A DNA stretch of 64,000 nucleotides from Stegostoma tigrinum (GCF_030684315.1 NC_081376.1:18953018-19017017); one strand, 5' to 3'. Counted from the first letter of the stretch, positions 13,498-27,320 are shown. Program-made: numbers and translations. The notes: generated from the letters alone by a model not told the origin.

Positions 13498-13995
13498 TGA
13501 GGGAGAGGCAGGTGAGGGAGGGATGGGTGAGAGAGAAAGGTGAGGGAGAGGCAGGTGAGGGAGGGATGGGTGAGAGAGAAAGGTGAGGGATAGGCAGGTG
13601 AGGGAGGGACGGGTGAGAGAGAAAGGTGAGGGATAGGCAGGTGAGAGAGGGATGGGTGAGAGAGAAAGGTGAGGGAGAGGCAGGTGAGGGAGGGATGGGT
13701 GAGAGAGAAAGGTGAGGGAGAGGCAGGTGAGGGAGGGATGGGTGAGAGAGAAAGGTGAGGGAGAGGCAGGTGAGGGAGGGATGGGTGAGAGAGAAAGGTG
13801 AGGGAGAGGCAGGTGAGGGAGGGACGGGTGAGAGAGAAAGGTGAGGGAGAGGCAGGTGAGAGAGGGACAGGTGAGAGAGAAAGGTGAGGGAGAGGCAGGT
13901 GAGGGAGGGACGGGTGAGAGAGAAAGGTGAGGGAGAGGCAGGTGAGGGAGGGATGGGTGAAGGAAAGGCAGGTGAGGGAGAGACGGGTGAAGGAA
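13498..13995. repeat. 43-bp purine-rich minisatellite, about 11 copies
   Basis: Unit GGGAGAGGCAGGTGAGGGAGGGATGGGTGAGAGAGAAAGGTGA recurs at 13501, 13544 and onward with few variants. Confidence 0.95.
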
Positions 13996-15619
13996 GACCA
14001 GATGAAAGGGACTTGCCTGGAAGAGTGGAGGAAGCTATTCACCAAAAGAACAATATATTTAAACAATTAAATTGGGAAATTTTGAAAGCAGCATTTTAAG
14101 TAGAATGCTGCCTTGCCACAAAAGTGTTTTTCCATGTAAGTAAATAGGAATTCTATCATGGTCTGATCCTTATGCATGGCAGTGAGATTGTTAATGCCAA
14201 TGCAAACTGCCCGGCTCTCAGTGGATTGGTGATTTTAATGAGCGTATTGGCGCTGGGACCGGTCACAGAGGCAGTGATTAATGGCTCTACCAACACACAC
14301 AATCTACAGCGCTCTTCATGCATAACACTCAGGATTTTTGCATCAAGAATACACAAACTGCTTCACAGAAACATTTTGCTCGGGTACAACACTGAAATCT
14401 CAACAGCTTCCCTTCCTGGAGCACAACCTATCAAAGTTACCAGCCTTTGAAGCTTTGGTAAACTACTCATCAATGGCATGAAATAACAATTTGGGAAATT
14501 GCTTCTCTATGTTGTGATCTTTTTGCACACTTTGTGCACTGCCAGTGGTGGCAGTAGAGTCAGATATATTAGGAACATTTAAGTAACTCTTGGTGGGCAC
14601 ACGGATGATGGTAACATGCAGGGTATGATAATAGGTCAGCACAACATTGTGGGCTGAAGGACCTGTACTATGCTGTTCTGTTCTATGTTTTATGTTCTTA
14701 TTTCTCTCCTTCTATCACAAAAGTGCTACTACATGCAATGGTGCATCTCCTCATTCACCTCCCACACTTGAATGGTTTTCCCATGTAACTATTCTTCATG
14801 GGCAGGTTTTTCATTTCAGAAATGGAGGTGGGTGGGTGCATTACTTCAGCACGGCAGTTAACAGCCAGTTTTCCGCAAGTGGCATGTAACATATGTTAAT
14901 TAGGTCAATTAAAGCAAGTGACCAGATGCAATGATCAGTGGAATCTGTGGGCCCTTCTGCAGCATTGGCAGCAACCCAGAAGTTGGGTCTGAGTATCAGT
15001 TGCTGACAGGATGCACCACTGACCACGCAAATGAGTAACGTGGTACATGAGCTTCTGAACTGATATGATGCTTGATGCAGGATGCATATCCCAAAAGCTG
15101 GCAGATTTATAAAGTAACCTGTCCCTTTGGCTGTATAGACCGAACAGCGTGCCAATTGTCAACCAGCCCATGCTTGCTAAACTCAGAACCTAGTGTCTAT
15201 CATTAGATGCAACCCTGCTATTGGAAAAAAAATTATTAGGTAACCCTGACTGTGCTAAGAATTGCACAGCAATTAATTGAAGGTCATGAGTTGAGCTTGC
15301 AGTGTGAATCATTTGCACACGCTAGAAGCTGTTATTCACATACTGGACCTTGATCTTTGTAAGCAACATAACATGTCCATGCATAACCTTTCTCTTAATG
15401 AAGAATGTGCAATGGAAACAAAGTTCCATGTTGCATCCCCAAGGCAACAATCTGATCAATCAGTGTTAACTTGCCTGATTTGAATTTGATAAGTTAATTA
15501 AGATTGATATTTAGCAGTTCTTATGCAACTCCATGTTAACTATAGTCAAATCAATCAGCACTTACAGCTCCTGCTGCATAAATTGCTGTTTCCTTTCAAA
15601 GTTGTGTTTCTTGCATTTC

Positions 15620-16860
15620 ATAAGAACATAAGAACTTGGAGCAGAAGCAGGCAATTCAGCCCCTTGAACCTGCTCTACTATTCAGTACGTGGCTGATCTC
15701 ATCTCAGCCTCAACTCCACCTTTCTGCCCACACTCCTTTACTGCTGTGCTTACATTCTAGTTTTCTGCAATTCATGCACAAGGACACCCAGATCCCTCTG
15801 CACTGAAGTACTCTGAAGTTCGTCTCCATTTAGATAATATGTTGCCTTTCTATTCTTCCAATCAAAATAGACAACTTTGTATTCTTCCATATTAAATTCT
15901 ATCTGCTAAATTTTGGTCCATTCACTAAACTTATCCATTTGCACATATAGATATATTATTTCTTCCTTGCAACAAACTTTCCAACCTATTTTAGGGCCAT
16001 TTGAAAATGTGGCTGCAGTATCTTCAATCCCTGTATCCAGATTAATATCAATTGTAAATAGTTAAGGCAGGAGGATCTAACACTGTGGTGCCCTACTAGT
16101 TACATAGAACATAGAACATAGAACATAGAACAGTACAGCACAGAACAGGCCCTTCAGCCCACAATGTTGTGCCGACCATTGATCCTCATGTATGCACCCT
16201 CAAATTTCTGTGACCATATACATGTCCAGCAGTCTCTTAAATGACCCCAATGACCTTGCTTCCACAACTGCTGCTGGCAACGCATTCCATGCTCTCACAA
16301 CTCTCTGCGTAAAGAACCTGCCTCTGACATCCCCTCTATACTTTCCACCAACCAGCTTAAAACTATGACCCCTCGTGCTAGCCATTTCTGCCCTGGGAAA
16401 TAGTCTCTGGCTATCAACTCTATCTATGCCTCTCATTATCTTGTATACCTCAATTAGGTCCCCTCTCCTCCTCCTTTTCTCCAATGAAAAGAGACCGAGC
16501 TCAGTCAACCTCTCTTCATAAGATAAGCCCTCCAGTCCAGGCAGCATCCTGGTAAACCTCCTCTGAACCCTCTCCAAAGCATCCACATCTTTCCTACAAT
16601 AGGGCGCCCAGAACTGGACGCAGTATTCCAAGTGCGGTCTAACCAAAGTTTTATAGAGCTGCAACAAGATCTCACGACTCTTAAACTCAATCCCCCTGTT
16701 AATGAAAGCCAAAACACCATATGCTTTCTTAACAACCCTGTCCCACCCAAGTGGACTCTTGCCAATCAGAAAAAGACTCAGCTATCTTGACTGTCTGCTT
16801 TCTGTTGGTTGGCTAATTTTCTATCTAAGCAAATATATTACCCCTAACCCCATGTGATCT
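15620..16860 (-). mobile_element. Older CR1 3' fragment hosting a younger CR1 insertion
   Basis: CATAAGAACATAAGAA tail at about 15620 and decayed RT sequence that resumes after 16755. Confidence 0.6.
16103..16742 (-). mobile_element. Young 5'-truncated CR1 (HER1-like) LINE
   Basis: Open ORF 16200-16712 (LYKTLVRPHLEYCVQFW...LERVQRRFTRMLPG...FFTQRVV.AWNALP) and a (CATAGAA)n tail. Confidence 0.92.
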
Positions 16861-18851
16861 TAATTTCAGTCCTAATGAGTGCAAGATGAAAAACTTGAAC
16901 ATCATATCTCTTTTTTGCAATGTTTAAATTCAATAAGTTCATGACTGATCTAATTGAGCCTTAGCTCCATTTACGCACCTGATCTATGACCTTTGACACC
17001 ACTGTAGATCATAAACCTGTCCAACTCAAGTGATAGCTCCCCTTTAGTGCAGGGGCCAGCTCTCAATTTGACTCTGATGTTGAGGTCTTGATCTAGAATG
17101 GAAACTCCTACTCCATATGTGAACATTTTGGCCATCATACAGGATAATGAGAAGGAGGAAGGAAAATGAAATTACGCAATTCTCTATCACCTTTCATAGT
17201 CTCAAGATATCATAAAGCACTTTACAACTAATTAAATATTTGGTAGCAGCCATTGTAATGAAGGAAACCTGGTAGCTGGCCTACATACAGCAAAATTCTG
17301 TATCTAACAACAAAATAAACCAGCAGGTAAAGATAACAAAGTGTGGAGCTGGAGGAGCACAGCAGGCCAGGCAGCTTCAGAGGAGCAGGAAAGTTGACGC
17401 ATCAGGTTGGGACCGTTCTTCAGAAATAAACTATTTTTGGTAGTGTTGGATTATATTTAAGTTATCATCAGGGTCCCAGGGATGTTCTTCTGTTCTTTGC
17501 CAAAATAGTGCTCTGGAAGCTTTCACTTGAAAGGGTAGACTGGGCATTGGTTTCACATCTCACCTGAAAATCAACAACGCTGATAGTGCAGCACCTCCTC
17601 ACTATGCACTGACCAGTCTGTCTACATTCTATCCTCAAGTCCCTGGAGTGGGGTTTAAACCCACACTTTTCTGGCTCAAAGACAAGAGAGGCATCTCTTT
17701 ATCAATAGTTGATTGGAGGTCAACTGATTTAGTCAACAGATTATTCTACAAAGTAGCTGTCCAGTACAAATGTGCCAAATGATATTTCTTAATACTATAG
17801 CTTTCTACAAGGCTGTGCTATTCAACAATAACTAGGCTGTATTGTTGTCTCATGTGAAGATGCCTTTGAATTGTGATCAGGAATTCCAGCTGATCTTTTG
17901 CCTCTCTCCAGTATGATAGAATGGAGCTCTCTTCTGTCTTCTGGCAGGCTGTGCCTGAGGTGAATCCCTCATGGATCCAAAGCAGGAAGTCTCCTTCAGA
18001 ATATTGCTGGAGAGTGAAATTGATTACTTATATTTTTCAAATCTAAGAAGGAAAATTAATGATCTGGTTGTTACAGAAGGAAAGTATAGGCAGGCCCCAA
18101 CAAGTCCATAGGGCCATCGTTATGGCAGCTTCACATAAACAGTCAATGATAGAGATAAGGAGAATGTTACTCACCATTTCTAATAATTCAAGTCATGTGC
18201 CTAAAGAGTTGGTCTGGAAGCCAGAATTTCTGGTGAGAATCACTGAGTCGAACTGTATCAATGTACAGCTTCTCACGCTGAGATCTGCAAATGCAGCACA
18301 ACACCAAACCTGGCAGCTTACAACATCAGACAGTAATAACAGCTTGTGTTACAGTTACCTAGCTAACTTTGAGGACCATATTCTGAGCCGGCAATATTGA
18401 AGCTTTTTCTTTTTCTTTTGCAGGAATATTTTTCCCAGTTACTTTTGGATTCAAAAAGGGGGAGTTAGGGTTAATGCAATAGGGGAGGCATGAAACTTGG
18501 GGATGAGCCTAGAAGAGGTCAGATATCTTGGATGGTTGTGGGGCTGAAGGAGATTACAGAGTACAGAGATAGCAAGCAGAAAGGACAGAGGTAAGGATTT
18601 GAAAACAAAGTATGCATTTCAAAACTAAGGAAGGTCAGCTTCAGCCTAACTTCTCACTATTGAGATTAAACCAATAGTAAAGGCATTATGTTACTCCAAT
18701 ACAGAGGGATCTTTCCTGTGTAACTGTTTTAATGCACTCTCTTGTTGTGAATAGCAAGGCGGGTGTTTCACTCTGTGTCAATCCTTAATAGCTGACACTA
18801 TGGAATCTCTCAGAGGGAAGCTCTCTAATCCCTAATCTCCTTCCTTGACGT

Positions 18852-18854
<3 letters not shown>

Positions 18855-18934
<80 letters not shown>
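18855..18934. repeat. (CA)40 microsatellite
   Basis: Perfect CA run. Confidence 0.98.
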
Positions 18935-18936
<2 letters not shown>

Positions 18937-19999
18937 TTTGCTAATGACTTAAAAATTATCAACTGAAGTTTCACAGCAGGAGTTGCAGCCTTGTCAAATG
19001 AATAATTCAGGCTCCTAGAGGGATTCTGTTCTACATGACATTACTTCATCTTTCCATTTGGTCTTGTCTTTAACTGTTGTCATATTACTGGTTACTATAC
19101 AAACTCTGTTAGGCAGTTCTTCATTTGTTTAGCTAGTATATCACCTCTATTCTTCCATTTTCCCTTCCTTTCCTTCAGCTGCCAAGAATCTGGTTTCCTC
19201 CCTAATCCCACAAACACTTGAATTAGAAACGAGAGTAAGCCACTTAGCCCTTCAAGCCCTTCAAGCCTGCATCTCCTTCCACCCCTCTTCTGATCTCTTT
19301 GACCAAGCTTTGACCAAACTTTAGCCACTTACCTCACTTACCTTTCTAATAAAGATAGGAAATATTGTAAGTACTCAGCAGGTCACACAGCACTATTGAG
19401 AGAGAAGAAACAAAGCCAATGTTTCAAATGGAAGACCACTGTTTCAGAACAGGTGAGTCTAATGTTTCCAAAGTTATTGTTTCCACAGTTTCTGTTCCAA
19501 TTTATCAGGCAATCAATAGGAAATACATTATCATGCTCATGTTAAGAAAGAAGGATCATACAGAATGATAGTGACAGTAGTGTTGTAGCTCAGGCACATT
19601 GCACCAATTTAACTTGATTTCTGGAGATTAAAAGATAAACTGGATGCATTGCTGCTAAATCATCAAACTTTGTCACCGAATCTTTCATTACAAATCCCTC
19701 CTGAGCAGCTTTCTATTGCCATGTTTCTTCTATGATGGGGACAAATAAAAAAAAACTCTTTGATAACGTGAGCAAGAAGCTGTCAACAACTGCTGCGTGG
19801 CAGGGTCTGATTTTTCAGAATGCCAGAAATCATCAGAAAGATAGCCTTTTATAGAAGGAAGTACACAAGAGGAAAATGAAAGATTATGCCTTTTTGTTGA
19901 AGAACCTGAGCTCTAAGTTGATGAGGTGGAGTCCACAGTTTGAATGCTATGATGCATCTGATGGTAGTGGGGCGGGGGGGAGATTTTAGGACATTTTGG

Positions 20000-22900
20000 T
20001 TCAGGAGGCAGTAACGCAGCTCAGATATTTCTGATTTGGTTTGTTGTCAGGAATAGAAAGGTGTGACAGGGAGATAGTCATGTGCAGTGATGCAAAGCTT
20101 AGCAATGGACTTAGCCTTGGTCCTTGCTATTGTCTGACAGGTTTGATGTTTTTGCTGGTCATGTGGACGCGAGCGGGGGGAGGAGAAAATTGACCACAGC
20201 GAGGGGTAATTCAAATGTGGGAATAAAAAGGAATATTGTTTTAGGACATGGAATATCTAGGGGTATAGACACAATGCTCTATAAAAAGGAGCAACAGTCC
20301 AACAAGCTGTACTTCCTGCCTGATTGAGGACATTCCCTCAGGGATGAAAAGTAACTTAGAGTGGGCGGGAAAGTATTCAGTTATCATGGCCCACATGAGT
20401 TCCAAGCACTAGACTAGGAAGGAGGTCTTTCTGAGTGATGATGAGGTGGTAAACGTTCAATTAAAGGTACAGCTGTTAGGGTATTCTTTCAAAATTCATT
20501 CACAGAACATGGATATCACTGCCTAGGCCAGTATTTATTGACCATCCCTAATTGCCCAGAGGGCAGTTAAGGGTCAATCACATCGCTGTGAGCCTGGAGT
20601 CACATGCAGGCCAGGCCAGGTAAGGATGGCAGTTTCCTTCCCTGAAGGACATTAGTGAACCAGCTTGTTTTTTTTCTGACAATTGGCAATGGATTCATGG
20701 TTATTATAAGACTCTTAATTCTGGAGAACTACCTGAGTTATGATCAAATTGATGTAAGGTAGTTGAGATCAGTGAGTTGAATGCATGGCTGAAAGAGTGG
20801 CATGGCTTTGATTCATGTGGCACTAGCATCAGTATTGGGTAAAGAAAACTGTATCATTGGAATGGCCATCATCTGAACTGTACTCGGATGAGAATAATGG
20901 TGAGTCATGTATCTAGGCCTGTAAAGAGGATTTTAAACTAAATAGTGTTGGGTTAAGAACTCATATCAGGGGAGATTGGAAATGTTGAAAAGAAAGAACA
21001 AAACAACAGACAAGACAATGTTATAAGTAATGATAACTAACATATGGCAGGAAGGGAGACAGCTAAAAGCATAAGAATACACTATCAGATAAGCTCAGGA
21101 CCAGAGAAAGAAAATAGATAAAAATACAGAATTAAAGCCACCTTTCTTGAGTGCTTGTTACATTTGTAACAAGGTGAGTGAATTGATAGCACAAATAGGT
21201 GTAAATATGACTTCTGTATAAAGACATGTTGCAATGTAATCATGATTAGAATTTGTATATTCAAGGTATGTGACACTTTGGAAAGCTAGGAAAAAAGGAA
21301 AAGCAAGTGGAGTAGCTATGTTAATGAAACATGAGATCAGTCCAGAAGTTGGAATTATCATGATTCAGATTATCAAAATGTAGAATCAGTTAGGGTGGAA
21401 ATAAGAAATAGTAAAAGAAAGAATATACCAGGGGTTTGTTTATAAGTCCCCTGAGTACCTACGCTGTTGGATGGAGAAAGAAAATCAAGAAATAATAGGG
21501 GTTTGTAATAAGGGTACTAAAATAATTAGGAGAGATTTTAATTTTCATATACATTGGACAAATCAAATTGTCAATGAAGGATGAGTTTATAAATTATATT
21601 CGTCCTAGTTCCTTACAACAATATCTTTTAGAACAAATAGGAAAACAGGCAATTCTTTTAAAATTCGCAAGCTGTGGGCATCACTGGCTCGACCAACATT
21701 TATTGCCCATTCCTAATATCCCACAGGACAGTTAGGAGTCAATCATATTGCTGTGGAATGGGAGTCGCCTTTAGGCCAGGCCAGTTAAGGACAGCACAAT
21801 TCCTTCTCTAAAGGACATTAGTGAACCAGGTGAGTTATTATGATAGTGATTATATGGTCACAGTTAGCCTTGTCTATTTTAAGTTCCGGATTTTCTACTG
21901 AATTCAAGTTTTACCATCTATGAAGATAAGATTCGAACCTATGTCACCAGAACATTAGCTTGAGGTTCTGGATAACTCATGCAGAGGCATTACTTCTACA
22001 CCACCACCTTCCTTGGAAATGTGAAATGATACAAGATTATTATAGCAAGAGACCCACTAAGTAAGAGCCATCATAACATGGTAGCATTTCTCATTCTGCT
22101 GGTGGATATGAAATTTTGGTCAATACTAATGAATTGAACTTAAAGGCTGCTTTAAGGCTATGAAGACAGACTTGGCTAAAGTAGACAGAGAAAATGGATT
22201 AAAAAGTAAGAAAGAACAGCCTGTACAATGTTTCAGAATATCATGATCTTTTTTTTTTGTACAAGTACTTCAGTTTATCAATAGAATAACCCTCACAGAA
22301 ATAACATCACATTAAAGATTTGAGTTTTTCAATCGTTATTCAGGGAAGCTGCTAGCATTTTAATGCGGTAAGTGAGCCATCAGTTTTAGCAGTCATTTTC
22401 ATAAGACTTGTCTACCGAGGGAGCTGATAGGATTTGTAATTTGTGCACAGTGAGACAGTGGAATTAATAATGGGGGACAAACAAATGGCAGAGTCTTTGC
22501 ACACAAAAAAAACTAAAGAACTGCCAGTGCTAGAGACAGAAATTGCTGGAAAAACTCAGCAGGTCTGGCTTCATCTGTGGAGAGAAAGCAGGGTTAACAT
22601 TTTGGGCCCCGTGACACTTCTCTTGCAGTATTTCCAGACAATTTGTACAAGTATTTTCAGTCTGTCTGCAGAGTGGAAGACGTAAAAAAATCTCAAGAAT
22701 AAGAAAAAAATGCAGAAGGCTAAAGGGAGGGAGAAATTTAAAACAATCACAATCTCTAGAGAAAATGTATCAGGAAAACTAAAGGAAATAAAAGGCCGAG
22801 AAATCCCTGAACCTGAAGGCCCACATCTGAGAGCATTAGGAAAATGGCTGCAGATAGTGATGAGTTGGCTGTAATCTCCCAAAATTCTTTTGATCCTGAA

Positions 22901-24420
22901 AAGATTCCAGCAGATTGGAAAACTGCAAATGTAATACCACACTTCAAGAATGGAGGGAAGGCAGATGGCAGGAAACTGTCAGCTACTTAGTCTAACATCT
23001 GTCATTAAGAAAATGCTAGAATCCATTATTAAAGAGGTAGGAGAAGGATATGGAGCAAATCACAAGACAACTGCCCACATGGTTTTGCGAAAGGAAAAGT
23101 GCATTTGACAAATTTATTTGAGTTGTTTGAGGTTATAGTGAGCAGAGTGGAAAAAAAAGTCAGTGGATAATTTTTGGATTTCAAAAATACATTTGGTGAT
23201 TTGCGATATAAATGCTTACTACGCAACATAAGAGCTCATGACAATAGGGATGATTTATTAGCACTAATAACAAACAGAGAGTCAGAATTAATGGGTTCAT
23301 TTCAGGTTGGCGAAATGTGACCAGTGAAGTATTGCAAGGATCAGCGCTGGGTCTTCAATATCCATGATCTACAATAATGACTTGCATAAAGGGACAACTG
23401 TATTGTAGCCAAATTAGCAGTGATATAAAGATAGGTAGGAAGGCAAGTTTGATGAAGATAAAAAGAGACAGCAAAAAGATGCAGATGAGTTAAATGAGTA
23501 GGCAATAAACTGGCAGATGGAGTAACAACTGGAGAAATGTAAGGCTCTCTGATGAAGGGTCTAGGCCCGAAACGTCAGCTTTTGTGCTCCTGAGATGCTG
23601 CTGGGCCTGCTGTGTTCATCCAGCTCCACACTTTGTTATCTTGAAATGTAAGGCTGTCCACTTTGGTTGGAAAAGTAAAAAAGTAGGTATTAAGCAGAAC
23701 AAGACTGTAGAAAGCTGCAATATGCAACATATACACACATGGCATTCACACACAAGTGCCATACATGATTAGGAAGGCAAATAGAATGACATAGTTTATT
23801 GCATTGGAGATGGAGCATCAAAATATGGAAGTCTTGCTCCAAGTGTAGTGAGCATAGCTGAAACAGCACCAAAACAGTACAGTTTTGGCCTCCTTATTTA
23901 TGGAGGGACAGAGTTACATTGAAAGTAGTTTGGAGAGATTCATTTGGTTGATTCCTTAGATAAAACGTTGAGGAAATTTTGAGCATGCTTAGACTATGCT
24001 CATTGGAGTTTAGAGGAATGTAGAGATGATCTTATTGAAACATTTAAGATTCTGAGTGGACGATAGGGATGATAATTCTTCTTGGAGAAGAATCTAGAGC
24101 TAAGTGACACTGTTTAAAGATAAGGGGTCTCCTATTTAATATGGAGATAAGGAACAATTTATCCTTTCAGGGCATCATTAGTTTTTTTGAAATCTCTTCC
24201 ACAGTGTAGTGTAGGGGTGTAGTGGAGGCTGGATGATCGGCTATATTTAAGGCTGAGTTATAGTGATTTTTGATTGACAGCAAAGTCTACAGTTAAGTGA
24301 AAGGAGGATGCTGACAGCTAAATGGAATTTAGGCCACAATCTAATCTACTACAATCGTAGTGAATGATGGAACAGGCTCGATGGGCCAAACAGCCTACTC
24401 CTGTTGTTAATTTCTTATCA
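20000..24420 (+). mobile_element. Long decayed CR1 LINE (ORF1 esterase remnant, endonuclease, RT, 3' UTR) with nested SINEs and PLE ends
   Basis: IVLGHGISRGIDT..LYFLP matches the CR1 ORF1 SGNH-esterase motif (VGDS..RG.D...CLPG). Endonuclease remnants at 21120-22100, RT remnants (DWKTANV.P.FK, HGF.KG) at 22900-23500, and a 3' end at about 24400. Confidence 0.8.
23547..23642 (+). mobile_element. 96-bp Penelope-terminus element with hammerhead core and 13-bp TSD
   Basis: CTGATGA-AGGGTCTAGGCCC-GAAA-CGTC at 23549-23576, flanked by GAAATGTAAGGCT at 23534-23546 and 23643-23655. Confidence 0.85.
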
Positions 24421-26269
24421 CCTTGTAAAAATCAACAAGCACAGACAAAAGAAAAACATTTTGTAATCAGTGCAGATATTGAACGTGTGATTCTTAGTCA
24501 GTAGTTCAATGTGAACAACAGACTCTAGAAGATAACACCACATATATTGAACAGCAGGCTCTGAGGTAAGGCATCATAATGAGGCCATCGGACTAGATCC
24601 AGCAAAAAAACAAGGAGATAATAGAGGGGAAAACACATTTTGAAGATGTTGCAGTGATCATCGTGTTGAGTAAATGTGATTGAATTTTCCTAATGTTGTG
24701 ATTCCACCAGCAACAAGGTGCTGAAACCCAGCAAATAATTGAGTGCAACTGCATTGCTGTGACACCAAGAATTGATCAAATGATTATAGAGTGAAAATTA
24801 TTGTAGCAAAACCCACAGACATTTTAATGTGAAATTCCCACACAGTCTGTGCATTGAATCAACCTTGTTAGTGAGAAATAGAACGCTGATTCATGACCAT
24901 TGTTATTATCAAACTCCAGGATGTCACATTGAAAGTGCTTAGCCCAGTATGGACGCACATGAGGTGGAACTTTGATGGTGCTCTTGTACATCTTTGAGTT
25001 AGTTACTGAGGTCAGCAGGGTCCTAAGGAATGAGGTTGCTGGCTAAGAGAATAAAATCAGTCAAAAAGACACCAAAAGACATGAAAGATCTTGCGTCTAT
25101 GTAGTGCCTTTCATAATTTCAGGACTGCACAAAGTGCTTTACAAGGAACAAAATGCTTCCTGTAGCAGCATTGCTGCTGTAATCTGGATAAAACAGGGGA
25201 AGATTTGCATAATAAGTCATCGAGAGCTTAAATTGTTTCCTCTTTAAGTTCTCCATTTTCCTCTCTGCAGGAAATTGCAGTCTGTTTTACATAATCATTT
25301 TGGAACACTTTACCATGTTAAGTACTATACATGGGAACATTACAGTGGGAGCAGGACATTCACGTGTTACATCATTCAATTAGATCATGGCTGATCCACA
25401 ACTTAATTTCATCCAATTGCCTTTGTCCCATACCATTTACATGTTGAATTCTTGCTTTTCTTTGCTGGAGAGCCTGGAGCTGAGGTCATTGCATGCGGCT
25501 AAAGGGTCAACAATTTAGGACGATGCTGGGGAGATAATTCTTCATTGTCCAAGTTGACATTCTCTAGCTGAGAGGCCTGCGGTTGCTCAGTTAATGAGTA
25601 TATGGATGATTGAGTTGGATAGATGTTTGGGCACTAACTGAATCAAGGGATTTGGGGTTAGGATAGGAAAGTTGTGTTGATAAAGAAGTTCAACCATGAT
25701 CCTACTGAAAGAACCGAACAGGCTCAATGAGCTGGATTGCCCACCCTTACTCCTATTTCTGACATTACATGCATGATTCCTAACAAAAATAGATTGATCT
25801 CGGTGTTTGAATTCACAGTTGGCTCCAGCCTCAATAGCTTTTTGTGAGAACATTCTACATTTCCCACTAATGAAAAAGCAAAATGCTGTGAATGTTGGAA
25901 ATCTGAAGTGAGAAGAGAAAATAATAGCAATGTCTGGCAACATCCATTAATGCTCCAGGTCAATAACTTTAGTCAAATGTTTTGATGCTGCTGAACCAGC
26001 TGAGTATTTCCAGCATTTTCTGTTTTTAAACCAGATTTTCATACTCTTTGTATGTAGAAGTGCTTCCTGATATCACCTGTGAGTGGCCTAGCTCTAATTT
26101 TAAGGCTAACCCACAGATCTGGATGTTCCTCACCAAAGAAATAATTTCTCTCTACCTAACAAATTACTAAGTGTTCTATCTATTTTCACACAGTGAGTAG
26201 CTACAGTATAGAATGGCCTGCCAGCAAATGTGGTGGAACCAGGCTCAGTTAACGGATTCAAAAGGGCAT

Positions 26270-26492
26270 CCCACCCAGATTCGCATCCCTCCTGCCCTGC
26301 AACCCCTGTAACCCTGCATTTCCCAAGTCTAATCCACCTTACCTACACATCTTTTGGACTCTGGAAAGAAACCAGAGCATCTAGACAAAACCCACAGGGA
26401 GAGTGTGCAAACTCCACACAGACAGTCATCCAAGGGACCTGGGCCCCTGGAACTGGGAGTAGTAGCACTAACCACTGTCCCACTATGCCACC
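26270..26492 (-). mobile_element. HE1-type SINE, degraded
   Basis: GGGTGGCATAGTGGGACAGTGGTTAGTGCTAC head and TGTGTGGAGTTTGCACACTCTCCC core. Confidence 0.75.
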
Positions 26493-27204
26493 CTTTGTCT
26501 TCTCTTTAACTGGAGTTTCTGTTCAGTACAGAGGATCCAGAAGTTTCTGAAAATGCAGTCATGCAAACATCGTTGGCGATTGCATAAGTCCAACTAAGCT
26601 GAATATGTTTAAAAGGAACAGAATTTAAACCTGAAAATCTAGATGAGAATACAATTTTTACCTTTGGGATTTCTCCTCATGTCCTCTGGCCAGCACACAT
26701 TTACATCTAAGCCATAAAATATGTTAATCTTATCTTTTTAAACAGGTTCAAGGAGAAGGGAGAAAAAAATGAGTTCAGTAGGTATACAGTCATTTTTTTT
26801 CATTGAAAAGAAACGGACGAAAAGGCTACAAATGCACTTGGGCAGAGAGGGCAATTGTAATCCCCTCTTGGCTTTTGTTTTGAGAGTTCAGTGTTATTGC
26901 TGTAGTATTCCTGGATTTTTAATTATTGGTGGAGATATCCCACAAACACATTATGGAATATTAGTGGAGTATTCTCTGATGGGTCCTTTTGTATTTATTT
27001 AGGTTTCCTGAGCAGGGTGGGCAAACCCCTCATTGCTCCTTGGTCAGGGCTGTTCACAGACTCCAATGTTGCTCAGGCTGGCTTCCATTGGAGCATCCTA
27101 CAGTCTCTCCTCCTCAACACAGTCCCCCTGGCTACCCTCAAATGTAACCATGCTTTATTTGAAATCACAAGCTTTCACAGCATTGCCCCTTTGTCAGGTT
27201 CCTT

Positions 27205-27320
27205 CATGGGGCAGCGCTTTGAAAGCCTGTGATTTCAAATAAACCTGTTGGACTATAACCTGGTGTCATGTGACTTCTGACTTTGTCCATCCCAGTCCGA
27301 AGCCGGCACCTCCACATCAC
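27205..27320 (+). mobile_element. Terminus of a second Penelope-like family
   Basis: GCAGCGCTTTGAAAGC..TGATTTCAAATAAACCTGTTGGACTATAACCTGGTGTC...; partial hammerhead stem II/GAAA followed by AATAAA. Confidence 0.5.

Noticed and set aside
13425-14099. 213-aa and 71-aa ORFs; regular repeat superficially like a CRISPR array
   Set aside because: They are translations of a tandem 43-bp minisatellite with no unique spacers; no cas genes, and the context is eukaryotic.
18059-18400. 113-aa ORF with an upstream acceptor-like site at about 17947
   Set aside because: No recognisable domain and no convincing donor or frame continuity.
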